Below are positions 45,920-56,590 of a stretch of 63,077 nucleotides of DNA, one piece after another. The notes beneath the pieces were generated by a model. It saw nothing but the letters and a program-made list of their open reading frames with translations. It was not told the DNA's origin and made no database searches. The stretch is from Gammaproteobacteria bacterium (lineage in GTDB: Bacteria; Pseudomonadota; Gammaproteobacteria; Pseudomonadales; Cellvibrionaceae), in contig JAHZJJ010000168.1 of NCBI GenBank assembly GCA_022600975.1, positions 1 through 63,077 of the forward strand, given 5' to 3'. Within the stretch, counting starts at the first letter, position 1, and each line of letters begins with the position of its first letter. The position numbers and the translations under genes were made by a program.

Positions 45920-45953
45920 AAAAAAGCACCGGCTGATACTCGATGCTTTTTTT
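45920..45953 (+). terminator. Intrinsic terminator after the mvaT-like gene
   Basis: AAAAAAGCA..TGCTTTTTTT hairpin with A and T tracts. Confidence 0.65.
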
Positions 45954-45960
45954 GCCGATC

Positions 45961-46132
45961 TTACACCTAGAAACCACAGTTAAATCACGCAAGTCTGCAC
46001 AAGTTCTTGATGCACCGAGCAAATTTTAAAAAGTTCTCATCCTTAATAAGGTGACCACGAATTTTTAAAACTTGCCATGCACACCAATAACTTACACAGC
46101 TTTTGCGCGCTCAACTGCGGCTTCTAGATTAA
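45961..46132. mobile_element. MITE-like dispersed repeat, copy B (longer form)
   Basis: Ends ACCTAGAAACCACAGTTAA ... TCAACTGCGGCTTCTAGAT; inverted homologue of 15576-15708 plus a 39-nt central hairpin segment (46033-46071). Confidence 0.8.
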
Positions 46133-46154
46133 ATGATCTGACGGTTAATAGATT

Positions 46155-46817
46155 TTACAGTCGATAACTGGTTAAGGTCATCGCTTTGGAAATTGTGGAC
46201 ATCAAGGCTTTAATTGGCGCAGGAAAGCGTACACCACCAGCATCCAGTGCGGTGTGCTGGTGTTTTTCCTCATCTTCTAGCATCTGTTCTACCACTGCAC
46301 GGCTCTTTTGATCCTGTGGTGGCAGGCGCTGCATATGATCCCGCAGATGCTTACACACCTGCTCTTCGGTCGCAGCGACAAAGCCGAGGCTGACCTTATC
46401 ACTCACTTTACCCGCCGCTGCGCCGAGGGCAAAAGATAAGCTGTACCACAATGGATTCAGCAAGCTCGGGCGGCTGTCGAGCTCCTCGAGTCGCAATTCA
46501 CACCAAGCTAGGTGATCTATTTCTTCGTCTGCGGCAGTTTCCATTTCTGTGCGCACTGTTGGCAGTTTGGCAGTTAGCGCCTGCCCTTGATACAGCGCCT
46601 GAGCGCAGACCTCGCCGCTGTGATTAACACGCATTAAGCCAGCGGCACAGCGACGTTCGCTATCGCTCAATTGAGCCTCATCACAATGCTTGGCCGGTGA
46701 ACTACGTGTATGGCAGGGTGTGCCGGGGCTCAGAGTACGCAGTGTGCGGTCTGCCTGCAGCAGCAGGCGGTCTAAGCCGCTTAAGCGGCGCCCATCGCAC
46801 TGTTCAGCTTTGTACAT
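46155..46817 (-). CDS. coq7: 2-polyprenyl-3-methyl-6-methoxy-1,4-benzoquinone monooxygenase (di-iron)
   Basis: [40 protein letters not shown] and DEEKH. Confidence 0.96.
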   Translation of the reverse strand: MYKAEQCDGRRLSGLDRLLLQADRTLRTLSPGTPCHTRSSPAKHCDEAQLSDSERRCAAGLMRVNHSGEVCAQALYQGQALTAKLPTVRTEMETAADEEIDHLAWCELRLEELDSRPSLLNPLWYSLSFALGAAAGKVSDKVSLGFVAATEEQVCKHLRDHMQRLPPQDQKSRAVVEQMLEDEEKHQHTALDAGGVRFPAPIKALMSTISKAMTLTSYRL

Positions 46818-46833
46818 AGTAGAGATTCTCCGC

Positions 46834-48132
46834 TCAGGGATTCACGGTTTGTCGCTCCCGCGCCAGTGCGCGGTAACCGATATCTTTGCGATAAAATACC
46901 CCATTCCAGTGGATAGCCTGAGCCGCTTTATACGCATTGGCCTGGGCTTTGGCCACAGTGTCGCCAAGCGCCGTGGCGCAGAGCACACGGCCGCCATTGG
47001 TGACCACTCGCTCACCGTCTAAGGCTGTGCCGGCATGGAAAATTTTGGCCTCTGTGTCGGTTGCCTGATCGAGACCGCTAATGGCATCGCCGCGGCGGTA
47101 GCTGCCGGGGTAACCCTGGGAAGCCAATACTACGCCCAGAGCTGGGCGCGAATCCCATTCTGCCCGTACTTGATCTAGTTGATTATTCAGCGCTGCCTGA
47201 CACAGTTTCACCAGGTCGGATTTGAGGCGCAGCATGATCGGCTGAGTTTCCGGGTCTCCAAATCGACAGTTGAATTCTATTACCCGCGGTATACCGGTTT
47301 TACCGATCATTAGCCCGGCGTAGAGGAACCCTTTGTAGGGCATACCCTCTGCAGCCATGCCGTTAACGGTGGGGCGGATAATCTCATCCATCACTCGCTG
47401 GAACACTGCATCATCGACGACCGGCGCTGGAGAGTAAGCGCCCATACCACCGGTGTTGGGGCCGCTATCGCCATCACCAACCCGTTTGTAATCCTGGCTG
47501 GTGGCCATGGGCAAAATATTTTTACCATCGACCATAACGATAAAACTGGCTTCTTCACCGCTGAGAAACTCTTCGATCACGACCCGACAGCCGGCATCGC
47601 CAAAGGCGTTTCCAGAAAGCATATCGCGCACTGCAAGCTCGGCTTGCTCGACACTTTCAGCCACTATCACCCCTTTACCGGCGGCCAGCCCGTCAGCTTT
47701 TATGACAATGGGTGCGCGCTGTTGGCGGATATAGGCCAGTGCCGGTTCAATTTCGCTGAAATTGCGATAGGCGGCTGTGGGAATTTGATGGCGCTCGAGG
47801 AATTCTTTGCTAAAAGTCTTAGAGCCCTCTAACTGCGCAGCAGCTTTACTAGGGCCAAAGATGGCCAGGCCGCGATGTTCAAAAAAATCTACAATGCCGG
47901 TCACTAGCGGCTGCTCTGGGCCCACAATGGTAAGTGCAACAGCATTATTCTCGGCAAAATCTGCCAATGCAGAGAAGTTGTCAATACCGATATCCAGGTT
48001 CCGTAATTTCGGCTCCATGGCACTACCGGCATTTCCGGGAGCGACGAAAACAGTATCTACAGAAGGGTTTTGCGCTGCCTTCCAAGCCAGCGCGTGTTCG
48101 CGGCCGCCGGCGCCAATGATCAATATGTTCAT
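46834..48132 (-). CDS. purD: Phosphoribosylamine--glycine ligase
   Basis: [32 protein letters not shown] and [10 protein letters not shown]. Confidence 0.99.
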   Translation of the reverse strand: MNILIIGAGGREHALAWKAAQNPSVDTVFVAPGNAGSAMEPKLRNLDIGIDNFSALADFAENNAVALTIVGPEQPLVTGIVDFFEHRGLAIFGPSKAAAQLEGSKTFSKEFLERHQIPTAAYRNFSEIEPALAYIRQQRAPIVIKADGLAAGKGVIVAESVEQAELAVRDMLSGNAFGDAGCRVVIEEFLSGEEASFIVMVDGKNILPMATSQDYKRVGDGDSGPNTGGMGAYSPAPVVDDAVFQRVMDEIIRPTVNGMAAEGMPYKGFLYAGLMIGKTGIPRVIEFNCRFGDPETQPIMLRLKSDLVKLCQAALNNQLDQVRAEWDSRPALGVVLASQGYPGSYRRGDAISGLDQATDTEAKIFHAGTALDGERVVTNGGRVLCATALGDTVAKAQANAYKAAQAIHWNGVFYRKDIGYRALARERQTVNP

Positions 48133-48257
48133 CTATTCCCCCCAGGGTTGGGTTATCGTTTGTGATTGCTGCGAGGGCTTCGCTTGTGCCCCGATTAAAT
48201 TGGCAACATTGTAATGGGGCCCCAGTCAGTCATGTCGTCAGCCCGGGGTGCTAGGAA

Positions 48258-49853
48258 TCAGTGGCGAAAATGACGCATGGCGGTAAAGACCATGGCTAAG
48301 TCGTGCTCGTTTGCAGCGGCAATGACTTCGTCATCACGGATAGAGCCACCAGGTTGGATAACACAGCGCACACCTGCCGCAGCGGCATTGTCGATGCCGT
48401 CACGAAACGGAAAAAAAGCATCGGAAGCCATGACCGAACCCTGTACCGATAGCCCCGCGTGTTCGGCCTTGATCGTCGCGATGCGCGCGGAGTTGATCCG
48501 GCTCATTTGTCCTGCACCGATGCCAATGGTGCGGCCATCGTTAGCGTAAACAATGGCATTAGATTTAACGAATTTGGCCACTTTCCAGGTGAATAACAAA
48601 TCGCGAATTTCGTCTTCTGTGGGCTGACGTTTGCTAACAACTTTTAAATCTGATGCGTCTATGTTGCCGTCATCGCGCTCCTGTATCAACAAGCCGCCAT
48701 TGACGCGCTTGTAATCCAGTGCCGAGTGTTTTGGTGCAGACCATTGGTCGCAGACCAATAGTCGTACATTTTTCTTTTGTGCCACCAGTTCTTTGGCGCT
48801 ATCAGCGATTGAGGGCGCTATGATCACCTCAACAAATTGACGCTCAATGATGGTTTTAGCAGTAGCCTCGTCCAGCGCACGGTTAAAGGCAATAATACCA
48901 CCAAATGCGGATTCGCTATCGGTTGCGAAGGCTCGGTTGTAAGCTGTGCCAATATCTTTGGCGATAGCCACGCCGCAGGGGTTGGCGTGTTTGACGATTA
49001 CACAGGCGGGCTCAGTGAACGATTTGACACATTCGAGAGCGGCATCAGTATCGGCGATATTGTTGTAGGAGAGCGTTTTGCCCTGTAATTGTTGTGCGTT
49101 GGCGATACCAGCTTCGCGCGCATTGGCTTCGACATAAAAAGCTGCCTGTTGGTGTGGGTTTTCACCGTAGCGCAGATCGATTTTTTTATGGAACTGGCTG
49201 TTATATGTGCGCGGAAAGCGGCATTTTTCAGCGGCAGATTTGGCGTCTGGGGTGAGGGTCGTGATCCTACCTAGATAAGTGGCAATGGCGCCGTCGTAGC
49301 TGGCGGTGTGCTCAAAAGCCTTGACTGCCAGATCAAAACGCCGGGCAAGGCTCAGGTGACCCTGATTCTGCTTCAGCTCATTGAGAATGTCGCTGTAATC
49401 ACAAGTGTTGACCACAATCGCTACATCGCGGTGATTTTTGGCGGCGGCGCGGACCATAGTGGGGCCGCCGATATCAATATTTTCTACTGCGTTTTCGAGG
49501 GTACATTCGGGGTTGGCGACAGCTTCGGCAAAGGGGTACAAGTTTACCACCACCATGTCGATGGGGCGAATACCGTGTGCATCCATGATTGCTTCATCGG
49601 TACCGCGGCGACCGAGAATACCACCGTGAATTTTGGGGTGCAGAGTCTTAACTCGGCCGTCCATCATTTCCGGGAAAGCGGTGTAATCCGATACCTCCAC
49701 AACTGCCAGGCCAGCTTCTTCAAGTTGGCGAAATGTGCCACCTGTAGAGAGAATTTCTACACCCAGGGCAACGAGTTCGCGAGCGAAATCCACGACTCCA
49801 CGCTTGTCTGAAACACTGATTAGCGCGCGGCGAATTGCCACTTTATCGGTCAT
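48258..49853 (-). CDS. purH: Bifunctional AICAR transformylase/IMP cyclohydrolase
   Basis: [35 protein letters not shown] and C-terminal RHFRH. Confidence 0.99.
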   Translation of the reverse strand: MTDKVAIRRALISVSDKRGVVDFARELVALGVEILSTGGTFRQLEEAGLAVVEVSDYTAFPEMMDGRVKTLHPKIHGGILGRRGTDEAIMDAHGIRPIDMVVVNLYPFAEAVANPECTLENAVENIDIGGPTMVRAAAKNHRDVAIVVNTCDYSDILNELKQNQGHLSLARRFDLAVKAFEHTASYDGAIATYLGRITTLTPDAKSAAEKCRFPRTYNSQFHKKIDLRYGENPHQQAAFYVEANAREAGIANAQQLQGKTLSYNNIADTDAALECVKSFTEPACVIVKHANPCGVAIAKDIGTAYNRAFATDSESAFGGIIAFNRALDEATAKTIIERQFVEVIIAPSIADSAKELVAQKKNVRLLVCDQWSAPKHSALDYKRVNGGLLIQERDDGNIDASDLKVVSKRQPTEDEIRDLLFTWKVAKFVKSNAIVYANDGRTIGIGAGQMSRINSARIATIKAEHAGLSVQGSVMASDAFFPFRDGIDNAAAAGVRCVIQPGGSIRDDEVIAAANEHDLAMVFTAMRHFRH

Positions 49854-49884
49854 AAAGCCTCATCCATCCAGTTCGTTAAACAGC

Positions 49885-49915
49885 GAGGGGGGATGAACAA
49901 ATGCCATCCCCCCTC
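49885..49915. terminator. 11-bp hairpin between fis and purH
   Basis: GAGGGGGGATG-N9-CATCCCCCCTC; weak U-tract on the - strand. Confidence 0.45.
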
Positions 49916-49942
49916 ATTTTATTGCGGCCGCTGTAAACTAAA

Positions 49943-50254
49943 TCACAGTAAATCGTAACGTTTGAGCTTTTTGCGCAAAGTGCCGCGATTTAAACCCAAA
50001 AGTTGCGCCGCGCGAGTTTGGTTGTGGCGGGTATGCTTCATCACCACCTCTAGCATCGGCGCCTCAATTTCCGACAGCACCATATCGTACACATCGGTAA
50101 CCTCCTGCCCGTTTAGGTGACGAAAATAATTTTCCATCGCCTGTTCGACTTCATCGCGCAGCGATTGCCGGCGCGGTTGGTCTATTTGTGGTTTCCCCTC
50201 GATGATTGCTGCAGTATCAATATCAATCTGCGGAGTTAATTCATCACTATTCAT
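49943..50254 (-). CDS. fis: DNA-binding protein Fis
   Basis: [21 protein letters not shown]; overlaps the dusB stop. Confidence 0.97.
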   Translation of the reverse strand: MNSDELTPQIDIDTAAIIEGKPQIDQPRRQSLRDEVEQAMENYFRHLNGQEVTDVYDMVLSEIEAPMLEVVMKHTRHNQTRAAQLLGLNRGTLRKKLKRYDLL

Positions 50255-51258
50255 GCCGCTTGTGCCCCTTTAGTTATTAGGCGTTCAAACCAAGCCTGAA
50301 CGCTGGCATATTGCGCTGTTGCGCATTCTATTTGGTTAAAGGTTTTGCGAAAGAGCTCACTGTTGGCCAGTGTTTGCAAATACCAGCCCACATGTTTTCG
50401 AGCGATACGAGCCCCCATAATCTCACCGTAAAAACGGTGTAATGCACTCAAATGTGTGAGCAAAATATCTCTGATTTTTTCCAGTGAAGGTTCGGGTAAT
50501 TGTTCACCTGTAGCAAGAAAGTGAGTAATTTCCCGAAAAATCCATGGGCGTCCTTGAGCTGCGCGACCAACCATAACTGCGGCCGCACCGGTATAGTCCA
50601 ACACGGCACGCGCCGATTGTGCGCCAGTAATATCACCATTGGCGAACACGGGTATGTTTACCTCGGATACAATTTTGGCAATGGTGTCGAATTCAGCTGC
50701 AGCCCGATAGCCGCAGGCGCGGGTGCGTCCGTGAACAGCCAGTGCCATTACTCCCTGATCCTGCGCTATTTTGGCAATCCTCAGGCTGTTGCGAGAATCC
50801 GGGCACCAGCCGGTGCGAATTTTTAAGGTTACTGGAACTGATACGGATTTGACAACCGCGTTGAGAATATCTGTTACCAGCTTTTCATCCCGCAGCAGTG
50901 CGGACCCCGCCGCTTTTTTGCATACCTTCTTTGCCGGACAACCCATATTGATGTCGATTATCTGAGCGCCGAGACGCACATTCTCCTGGGCTGCTGAGGC
51001 CATCATTTGTGGGTCGGCGCCAGCAATCTGCACAGAGATAGGCCCAGCTTCACCACAGTGATCAAGACGCATACGAGATTTTCGACTATTCCATAAACGG
51101 GTATCTGCCGTCACCATTTCTGAAGGTGCCAGACCGGCTCCAAGCTGACGACACAGCTGGCGGAAAGGGCGGTCAGTGACGCCGGCCATCGGTGCCAGAA
51201 TTACCGGTGCCTCAAGGCGGTAAGGGCCGATAGCGATGTCGCTGGGCATTTGCCTCAT
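50251..51258 (-). CDS. dusB: tRNA-dihydrouridine synthase B
   Basis: [24 protein letters not shown] and VHGRTR; dusB-fis operon. Confidence 0.97.
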   Translation of the reverse strand: MRQMPSDIAIGPYRLEAPVILAPMAGVTDRPFRQLCRQLGAGLAPSEMVTADTRLWNSRKSRMRLDHCGEAGPISVQIAGADPQMMASAAQENVRLGAQIIDINMGCPAKKVCKKAAGSALLRDEKLVTDILNAVVKSVSVPVTLKIRTGWCPDSRNSLRIAKIAQDQGVMALAVHGRTRACGYRAAAEFDTIAKIVSEVNIPVFANGDITGAQSARAVLDYTGAAAVMVGRAAQGRPWIFREITHFLATGEQLPEPSLEKIRDILLTHLSALHRFYGEIMGARIARKHVGWYLQTLANSELFRKTFNQIECATAQYASVQAWFERLITKGAQAA

Positions 51259-51391
51259 TTTTCCACGCTGAAGTTTAAAAACGGCCGCTTATGATAACGG
51301 TTAGGCGGCTGTTGGAAAAGCGAAAAAACGCGCAATGTGGCTGTGTGTTGTTCATTTAGCTTAAAAGGTGCTCACATTTATATCAATTTGC

Positions 51392-52411
51392 TTAGGGCGC
51401 AAGGGTTAACGGCGCAACTAGCAGTTGGTAGTTCACTGCTGATCGCCCCGGATCGACAATCTCTATGGCAAATCGCACCGGGGAGTGTTGCGGCATTTGT
51501 TTACGTCCCGCCAGTTCCCCGCGCAAATAATCCTGTGGTTCAAAGCGGCGGCTGGCTACAGGGTTATTTTTCAGGTCGCTAAAACTAAGCTGCAGAGCAG
51601 GAAACGGTTGGGGAAAGGGTGCCTGGTTGAGCAGCACCGCTTCTACTAGCAATGCATCGGTGATATGGGGGTGGCTGTGCACCACTAACTTTGAAATATG
51701 AAGTTTACTTAAGTCCACTCTTGGAGGCAGCAGGCAGCCAAGATAAGTACAGGCAACGGCGTAAAATTGTCGCCAAGGCTCGCGTTTATTGAGTGTATCA
51801 AATTGAAAAAAAGCAGTTTGAGCCAGCAGGGTTATCAGGAGTAGTAGTGCCATTATAAGCCAGAGCCAGGTGCGTATAGGTTGCTTTGCGTGTGGGCGGG
51901 GGCGAACGTTTAATGGCGCGGGCTCAATTGCTGAAAGTATCTGATTGCCAGAGTCGCTCACTTTTGGTGCTGGCGGTAGTCCAGTGTTTGCTGGCTCAAG
52001 TTTGGGTTGGTTTTTAGTATGGGCTTTATTTTCCTGCAATTCCTCCTCAGGCCCCGTTGTATCCACTTGATCCACAAAAAACCATTGTGGCGGCTGCTTT
52101 GCTGGGATTCGTTCCGGTGTACTTTGATCCGACAGCCGTGACTTTAGCTGTTGCTGATCGTCTTGAGCCGTTGCATCCATAGGTTTTTGCGTTGTGTCGT
52201 CGGGTATCAGAAGATCGTCATGCGGTGGCAATTTTTTCGCTGTGTTGAGTTCTGCCGACTGTGGAGCGGATTTAAATTCCATATGGTCGACGGCATTAAA
52301 CACCTGTAGGCAAAAACCACAGCGCACAGTACCTTGGGCTGCGTTCAGTTGTTGTTGGTTGAGGTGAAACGAAGTGCTGCAGTGAGGGCAGCGGGTTATC
52401 AGTTGCGGCAT
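51392..52411 (-). CDS. Zinc-ribbon and DUF3426 domain membrane protein
   Basis: CPHC..VRCGFC finger, low-complexity linker, TM helix and C-terminal domain; between prmA and dusB. Confidence 0.85.
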   Translation of the reverse strand: MPQLITRCPHCSTSFHLNQQQLNAAQGTVRCGFCLQVFNAVDHMEFKSAPQSAELNTAKKLPPHDDLLIPDDTTQKPMDATAQDDQQQLKSRLSDQSTPERIPAKQPPQWFFVDQVDTTGPEEELQENKAHTKNQPKLEPANTGLPPAPKVSDSGNQILSAIEPAPLNVRPRPHAKQPIRTWLWLIMALLLLITLLAQTAFFQFDTLNKREPWRQFYAVACTYLGCLLPPRVDLSKLHISKLVVHSHPHITDALLVEAVLLNQAPFPQPFPALQLSFSDLKNNPVASRRFEPQDYLRGELAGRKQMPQHSPVRFAIEIVDPGRSAVNYQLLVAPLTLAP

Positions 52412-52520
52412 AAGTTTTGTGGGTTTCAGTTCCCGATTAGTATATCAGCCTGTTGCGCCTGCGTTGGGGCGCACAAAGATGCAGTGACTGTGCCGGAGTT
52501 ATGCAACCGGGCCCTTATCG

Positions 52521-53402
52521 CTAGCGCCGACGGGTGCCGGTCAGTCGCACCCACTCTTCGTGCTGAGCATCGGCATCGAAGTCGACCCATTGACTGTAGG
52601 CAGCTCGGACTTGCTGTGCTTGGACAGCCAATACCCCGGATAGACACAGACGCCCATTAATTTTGACATGAGTTATGAGTTGTGGTGCCAGCTCTATCAG
52701 TGGGCCTGCAAGAATATTAGCCAGTATCAAATCCACTGCAGTTTTTGTGAGCTGATCGGGCAGGCAGACAGGGAACTGTTCGTGGTTAAGACCGTTGCGC
52801 AGAGCGTTATCACGGCTAGCGAGCAATGCCTGGGGGTCGATATCGGTGCCGACAGCGTGTCGGGCACCGAGCAATAGTGCAGCAATACCGAGAATGCCAG
52901 AGCCACAGCCAAAATCGAGAACCTTTTTGTCAGCCAAGGTCTCATGGGCCAACCACTTTAGACATAAAAAGGTTGTGGGGTGGGTGCCAGTACCAAAGGC
53001 GAGGCCGGGATCCAGCAGTAAGTTCACTGCTGTGGCTACTGGCGGCTGGCACCAGCTAGGGCAGATCCACAGGTTTTCGGCGCATTGTAGTGGTTGGTAA
53101 TGATCCATCCACGCGCGCTCCCAATTTTTGTCTTCAAGCGGGTCCCAGCGCGGCTGCGGCAACAATTCTGAGAGGAAGGCGGCAGCTTTGGTTTCTACCA
53201 GAGTAGTGTCAACTTCGGCATCAAACAGCGCGGTTAACCGAGTCTGCGCCCACAGCGGGGTCTCACCCAGAGCGGGTTCGAGAATGGGCTGATCGGCGTT
53301 ATCTTGCAGGGTGACAGAAAGAGCACCAGCAAATAATAACGCATCTTCGATGTGCTGCGCCTGTTGGCGGCAGGTGTCTATACGCAGTTGCAGCCAGGGC
53401 AT
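52521..53402 (-). CDS. prmA: Ribosomal protein L11 methyltransferase
   Basis: LDPGLAFGTGTHPTT, LDFGCGSGIL and ANILAGPL. Confidence 0.97.
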   Translation of the reverse strand: MPWLQLRIDTCRQQAQHIEDALLFAGALSVTLQDNADQPILEPALGETPLWAQTRLTALFDAEVDTTLVETKAAAFLSELLPQPRWDPLEDKNWERAWMDHYQPLQCAENLWICPSWCQPPVATAVNLLLDPGLAFGTGTHPTTFLCLKWLAHETLADKKVLDFGCGSGILGIAALLLGARHAVGTDIDPQALLASRDNALRNGLNHEQFPVCLPDQLTKTAVDLILANILAGPLIELAPQLITHVKINGRLCLSGVLAVQAQQVRAAYSQWVDFDADAQHEEWVRLTGTRRR

Positions 53403-53509
53403 AGGGCAGAGCTCTTTTTCATGAATCAACAAAGCAGAGCGCAGTGGAGGCCGGTTTGCCCCAGTCTGCGCTGGATTGGATGCTGGTACCTTTACTGTTT
53501 GCTTGCAGG

Positions 53510-54850
53510 TTAGAGGCCCAGCTTTTTTTCAAGGTAATGAATATTGACCCCGCCTTCGATAAATTTCTGATCGCTCACCAACGCCTCGTGCAGGGAGATA
53601 TTAGTTTTAATGCCGCCGACAATCAGTTCCGACAATGCCGTGCGCATGCGCGCCAGCGCCGTCGCACGATCTTCACCATGGGTAATTACCTTGGCAACCA
53701 TTGAATCGTAATCGGGAGGCACGGTGTAACCGGAGTAAAGATGGGAGTCCACCCGCACGCCTAGACCACCGGGAGTATGGAAATTATCGACTTTGCCCGG
53801 GCTGGGGAAAAAGGTTTTGGGGTCTTCAGCATTGATGCGACACTCAAAGGCATGGCCGCGAATTACAATGTCCGTCTGTTGAAGAGACAGTTTTTCTCCC
53901 CCACAGACGCGGATTTGCTCCTTGATGAGGTCGACGCCGGTAATCATCTCGGTTACTGGATGCTCCACCTGAATTCGCGTGTTCATCTCGATAAAAAAGA
54001 AGCGCTCATCTTCGTATAAAAATTCAAAAGTGCCAGCGCCGCGATAGCCGATATCGATACATGCCTGTACGCAAGCCTGTAGCACTTGCGAACGCACCGC
54101 TGCGGGGATGCCGGGGGCGGGTGCCTCCTCTATAACTTTCTGATGGCGCCGTTGTAGAGAACAGTCACGATCACCCAGGTGGATGGCATTGCCCTGGCCA
54201 TCAGAGATAACTTGGATTTCCACATGACGTGGGTTTTGTAGAAACTTTTCCATATACACGGTGCTGTCACCAAAGGCAGCTGCCGCTTCAGATTTAGTGA
54301 TAGAAATAGCGTTGAGCAGAGCCGCCTCGCTATGCACCACACGCATGCCGCGGCCACCGCCACCGGCGGCGGCTTTGATCATAACCGGGTAGCCAATATC
54401 GCGGGCAATGTCGAGACAGCGCTCACCGCTCTCAGGGAGCTTCCCGTCGGAACCTGGCACCGTGGGCACTCCGGCTTTTTTCATCGCCGCAATAGCGGAT
54501 ACTTTGTCGCCCATCAGGCGGATGGTGTCGGCATCGGGGCCAATAAAGGTAAAGCCACTTTTTTGCACTTGCTCGGCAAAATCGGCATTTTCGGCCAGAA
54601 AACCATAGCCGGGATGCACGGCAACCGAGTCGGTGATTTCCATAGCTGAAATAATTGCGGGGATATTTAGGTAGCTCAGTGACGACGCATTGGGCCCAAT
54701 ACACACTGCCTCATCCGCCAGGCGTACATGTTTGAGGTCGCGGTCGACCTGCGAGTGCACAGCCACAGTGCTGATATTCATTTCTTTACAGGCGCGCAGA
54801 ATCCGCAGCGCTATCTCGCCGCGATTGGCAATTAATATTTTATCAAACAT
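53510..54850 (-). CDS. accC: Acetyl-CoA carboxylase biotin carboxylase subunit
   Basis: [28 protein letters not shown] and [10 protein letters not shown]. Confidence 0.98.
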   Translation of the reverse strand: MFDKILIANRGEIALRILRACKEMNISTVAVHSQVDRDLKHVRLADEAVCIGPNASSLSYLNIPAIISAMEITDSVAVHPGYGFLAENADFAEQVQKSGFTFIGPDADTIRLMGDKVSAIAAMKKAGVPTVPGSDGKLPESGERCLDIARDIGYPVMIKAAAGGGGRGMRVVHSEAALLNAISITKSEAAAAFGDSTVYMEKFLQNPRHVEIQVISDGQGNAIHLGDRDCSLQRRHQKVIEEAPAPGIPAAVRSQVLQACVQACIDIGYRGAGTFEFLYEDERFFFIEMNTRIQVEHPVTEMITGVDLIKEQIRVCGGEKLSLQQTDIVIRGHAFECRINAEDPKTFFPSPGKVDNFHTPGGLGVRVDSHLYSGYTVPPDYDSMVAKVITHGEDRATALARMRTALSELIVGGIKTNISLHEALVSDQKFIEGGVNIHYLEKKLGL

Positions 54851-54865
54851 TTATAAGCACCCTGC

Positions 54866-55330
54866 TCAGACGATGGTAACGAGTGGCTGGTCAAATTCCA
54901 CTGGCTGGCCGTCCTCCACCAAAATGGACTCGATGGTGCCGGACTTATCGGCCTCTATTTGGTTCATCATTTTCATCGCTTCGATAAGGCAGATGACCTC
55001 TCCGGCCTGAACCTGCTGACCGACACTGACAAAAGGCTCGGCGCCGGGGCTGGCGGCGGCATAAAAAGTACCCACCATCGGAGATTTAACCGGATGGCCA
55101 CCGAGTGCGGGGATACTTTCTGTGGTCGTTTCAGCGGCTGGCGCAGCAGGTGTGGGGTTAGCTGCTGTGGCCACGGGGGCCGGCATCATCGGTACTTGAG
55201 GGAATTGCGCTGGGTTGCTTTCGGCGCCGCGCCGGATGCGAACTGACTCTTCGCCCTCTTTAATTTCCAGCTCGCTAATGTCGGACTCTTTGAGTAATTC
55301 GATTAATTTTTTAATTTTTCGGATATCCAT
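54866..55330 (-). CDS. accB: Biotin carboxyl carrier protein
   Basis: [20 protein letters not shown] and EAMKMMN biotinylation site. Confidence 0.98.
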   Translation of the reverse strand: MDIRKIKKLIELLKESDISELEIKEGEESVRIRRGAESNPAQFPQVPMMPAPVATAANPTPAAPAAETTTESIPALGGHPVKSPMVGTFYAAASPGAEPFVSVGQQVQAGEVICLIEAMKMMNQIEADKSGTIESILVEDGQPVEFDQPLVTIV

Positions 55331-55377
55331 AGTTTCTTTACTCGTAGTTTTGGATAGCTAAGGGTATCGCTGGCTAT

Positions 55378-55836
55378 TCAGCGTGAATTGGTCTGCGCCT
55401 GCTGAAGGCTATGCATTGCTGCTTGTAGTGCCAGTGTATAGCTGTAAGCGCCTAAGCCGCACACTACACCCTGGGCGATATCCGATAAATACGAATGCCG
55501 CCGGAACGACTCACGAGCATGGGTGTTAGACAGGTGCACTTCTATAAAAGGGATGGCTGTAGCTGCCAGCGCGTCACGTATTGCAATGCTGGTATGGGTG
55601 AATGCGGCCGGATTAATAACGATAAAATCAACTTTTTCAGCCGCAGCATTGTGGATGCGTTCTACTAATTTGGACTCGCTGTTGGTTTGCAGGATTTGGA
55701 GTTGGTGCCCGGCCTGCTGACACTGAGCCTCGGCATCGCAATTAATTTGCGCCAAAGTGGTAGTGCCATAAATATCCGGCTCGCGGTTGCCAAGGAGGTT
55801 GAGATTGGGGCCGTGTAACAGGAGCAGCATTGCCAT
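55378..55836 (-). CDS. aroQ: Type II 3-dehydroquinate dehydratase
   Basis: [25 protein letters not shown] and EVHLSN..RE.FR. Confidence 0.97.
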   Translation of the reverse strand: MAMLLLLHGPNLNLLGNREPDIYGTTTLAQINCDAEAQCQQAGHQLQILQTNSESKLVERIHNAAAEKVDFIVINPAAFTHTSIAIRDALAATAIPFIEVHLSNTHARESFRRHSYLSDIAQGVVCGLGAYSYTLALQAAMHSLQQAQTNSR

Positions 55837-55942
55837 GAAGCGCCTCGGATAAATTACGCGAAACAGTTGGTAAAATCAGTGAAAAGCAGGCCTATCGTAA
55901 TTAACTACACGGTATCAGCCGGGAAAGCCTGGACGTGGTGAG

Positions 55943-55971
55943 AGTTTGCCGGAAAAAAGACTCGGTGTCCA
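55943..55971 (-). promoter_or_regulatory. Candidate promoter of aroQ-accBC
   Basis: TGGACA-17-CAAACT on the - strand. Confidence 0.45.
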
Positions 55972-56135
55972 TCGCAAATGCACAAAACAGAGAAGTTGCT
56001 GAGTTTTGCCGGAAGTCCGCAGACGATCTTAGCAAACTTCAGCGAATAACCCCTTTGGGTAATTCGACTTGTCCGCTGCGGTAAGGTTGTATCTCCAACG
56101 CTCGATTGTAACTGTACCTCGCATTGTAAGCGCAA

Positions 56136-56492
56136 CTATTCCGGATTGTTGAGACGTTGTTGGATCATAAAACACCAAGCATCACTGCCGGGTCTGGGGC
56201 CGACACCGCGCTCGCCATTACCAGCGGTTAATACATCAGTGGCTTCAAACCACTCACCGCTGCCCACTTCCGGTAAACCATTGGGGTAGAGTGTATTCAA
56301 TGTATCGTCGGATTGGATGGGCAGTTGTTGGTTGACCCAGTTGAACCACTCCGGGGTACAAATTGACGGGATGTCGCTATCAGTTTGGGATACAGTTTCG
56401 GTAGTATCGACGCCCTTGGTTTGGGATTGGCGATCGCAGCCGGGCAGGGTGATGAGTAGCAATACAGTGAAAAGATATAAAGAGCGCTTCAT
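56136..56492 (-). CDS. Hypothetical lipoprotein
   Basis: GGAG RBS, MKR plus hydrophobic signal with lipobox LPGC, and repeated P-x-x-GS-x-x-W motif. Confidence 0.75.
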   Translation of the reverse strand: MKRSLYLFTVLLLITLPGCDRQSQTKGVDTTETVSQTDSDIPSICTPEWFNWVNQQLPIQSDDTLNTLYPNGLPEVGSGEWFEATDVLTAGNGERGVGPRPGSDAWCFMIQQRLNNPE

Positions 56493-56590
56493 AAATGCTC
56501 CGCAGCGACGGATCGATGGGTGTCACCTCTCAGCCTAGAAGAAATATTGCGCCTGCGGGAGCGAGATTTGTTGATGGCTGTGGTTGAATA

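Noticed and set aside
49854-49942. ZTP (pfl) riboswitch upstream of purH
   Set aside because: The spacer is only 89 nt with one simple hairpin and no ZTP consensus.
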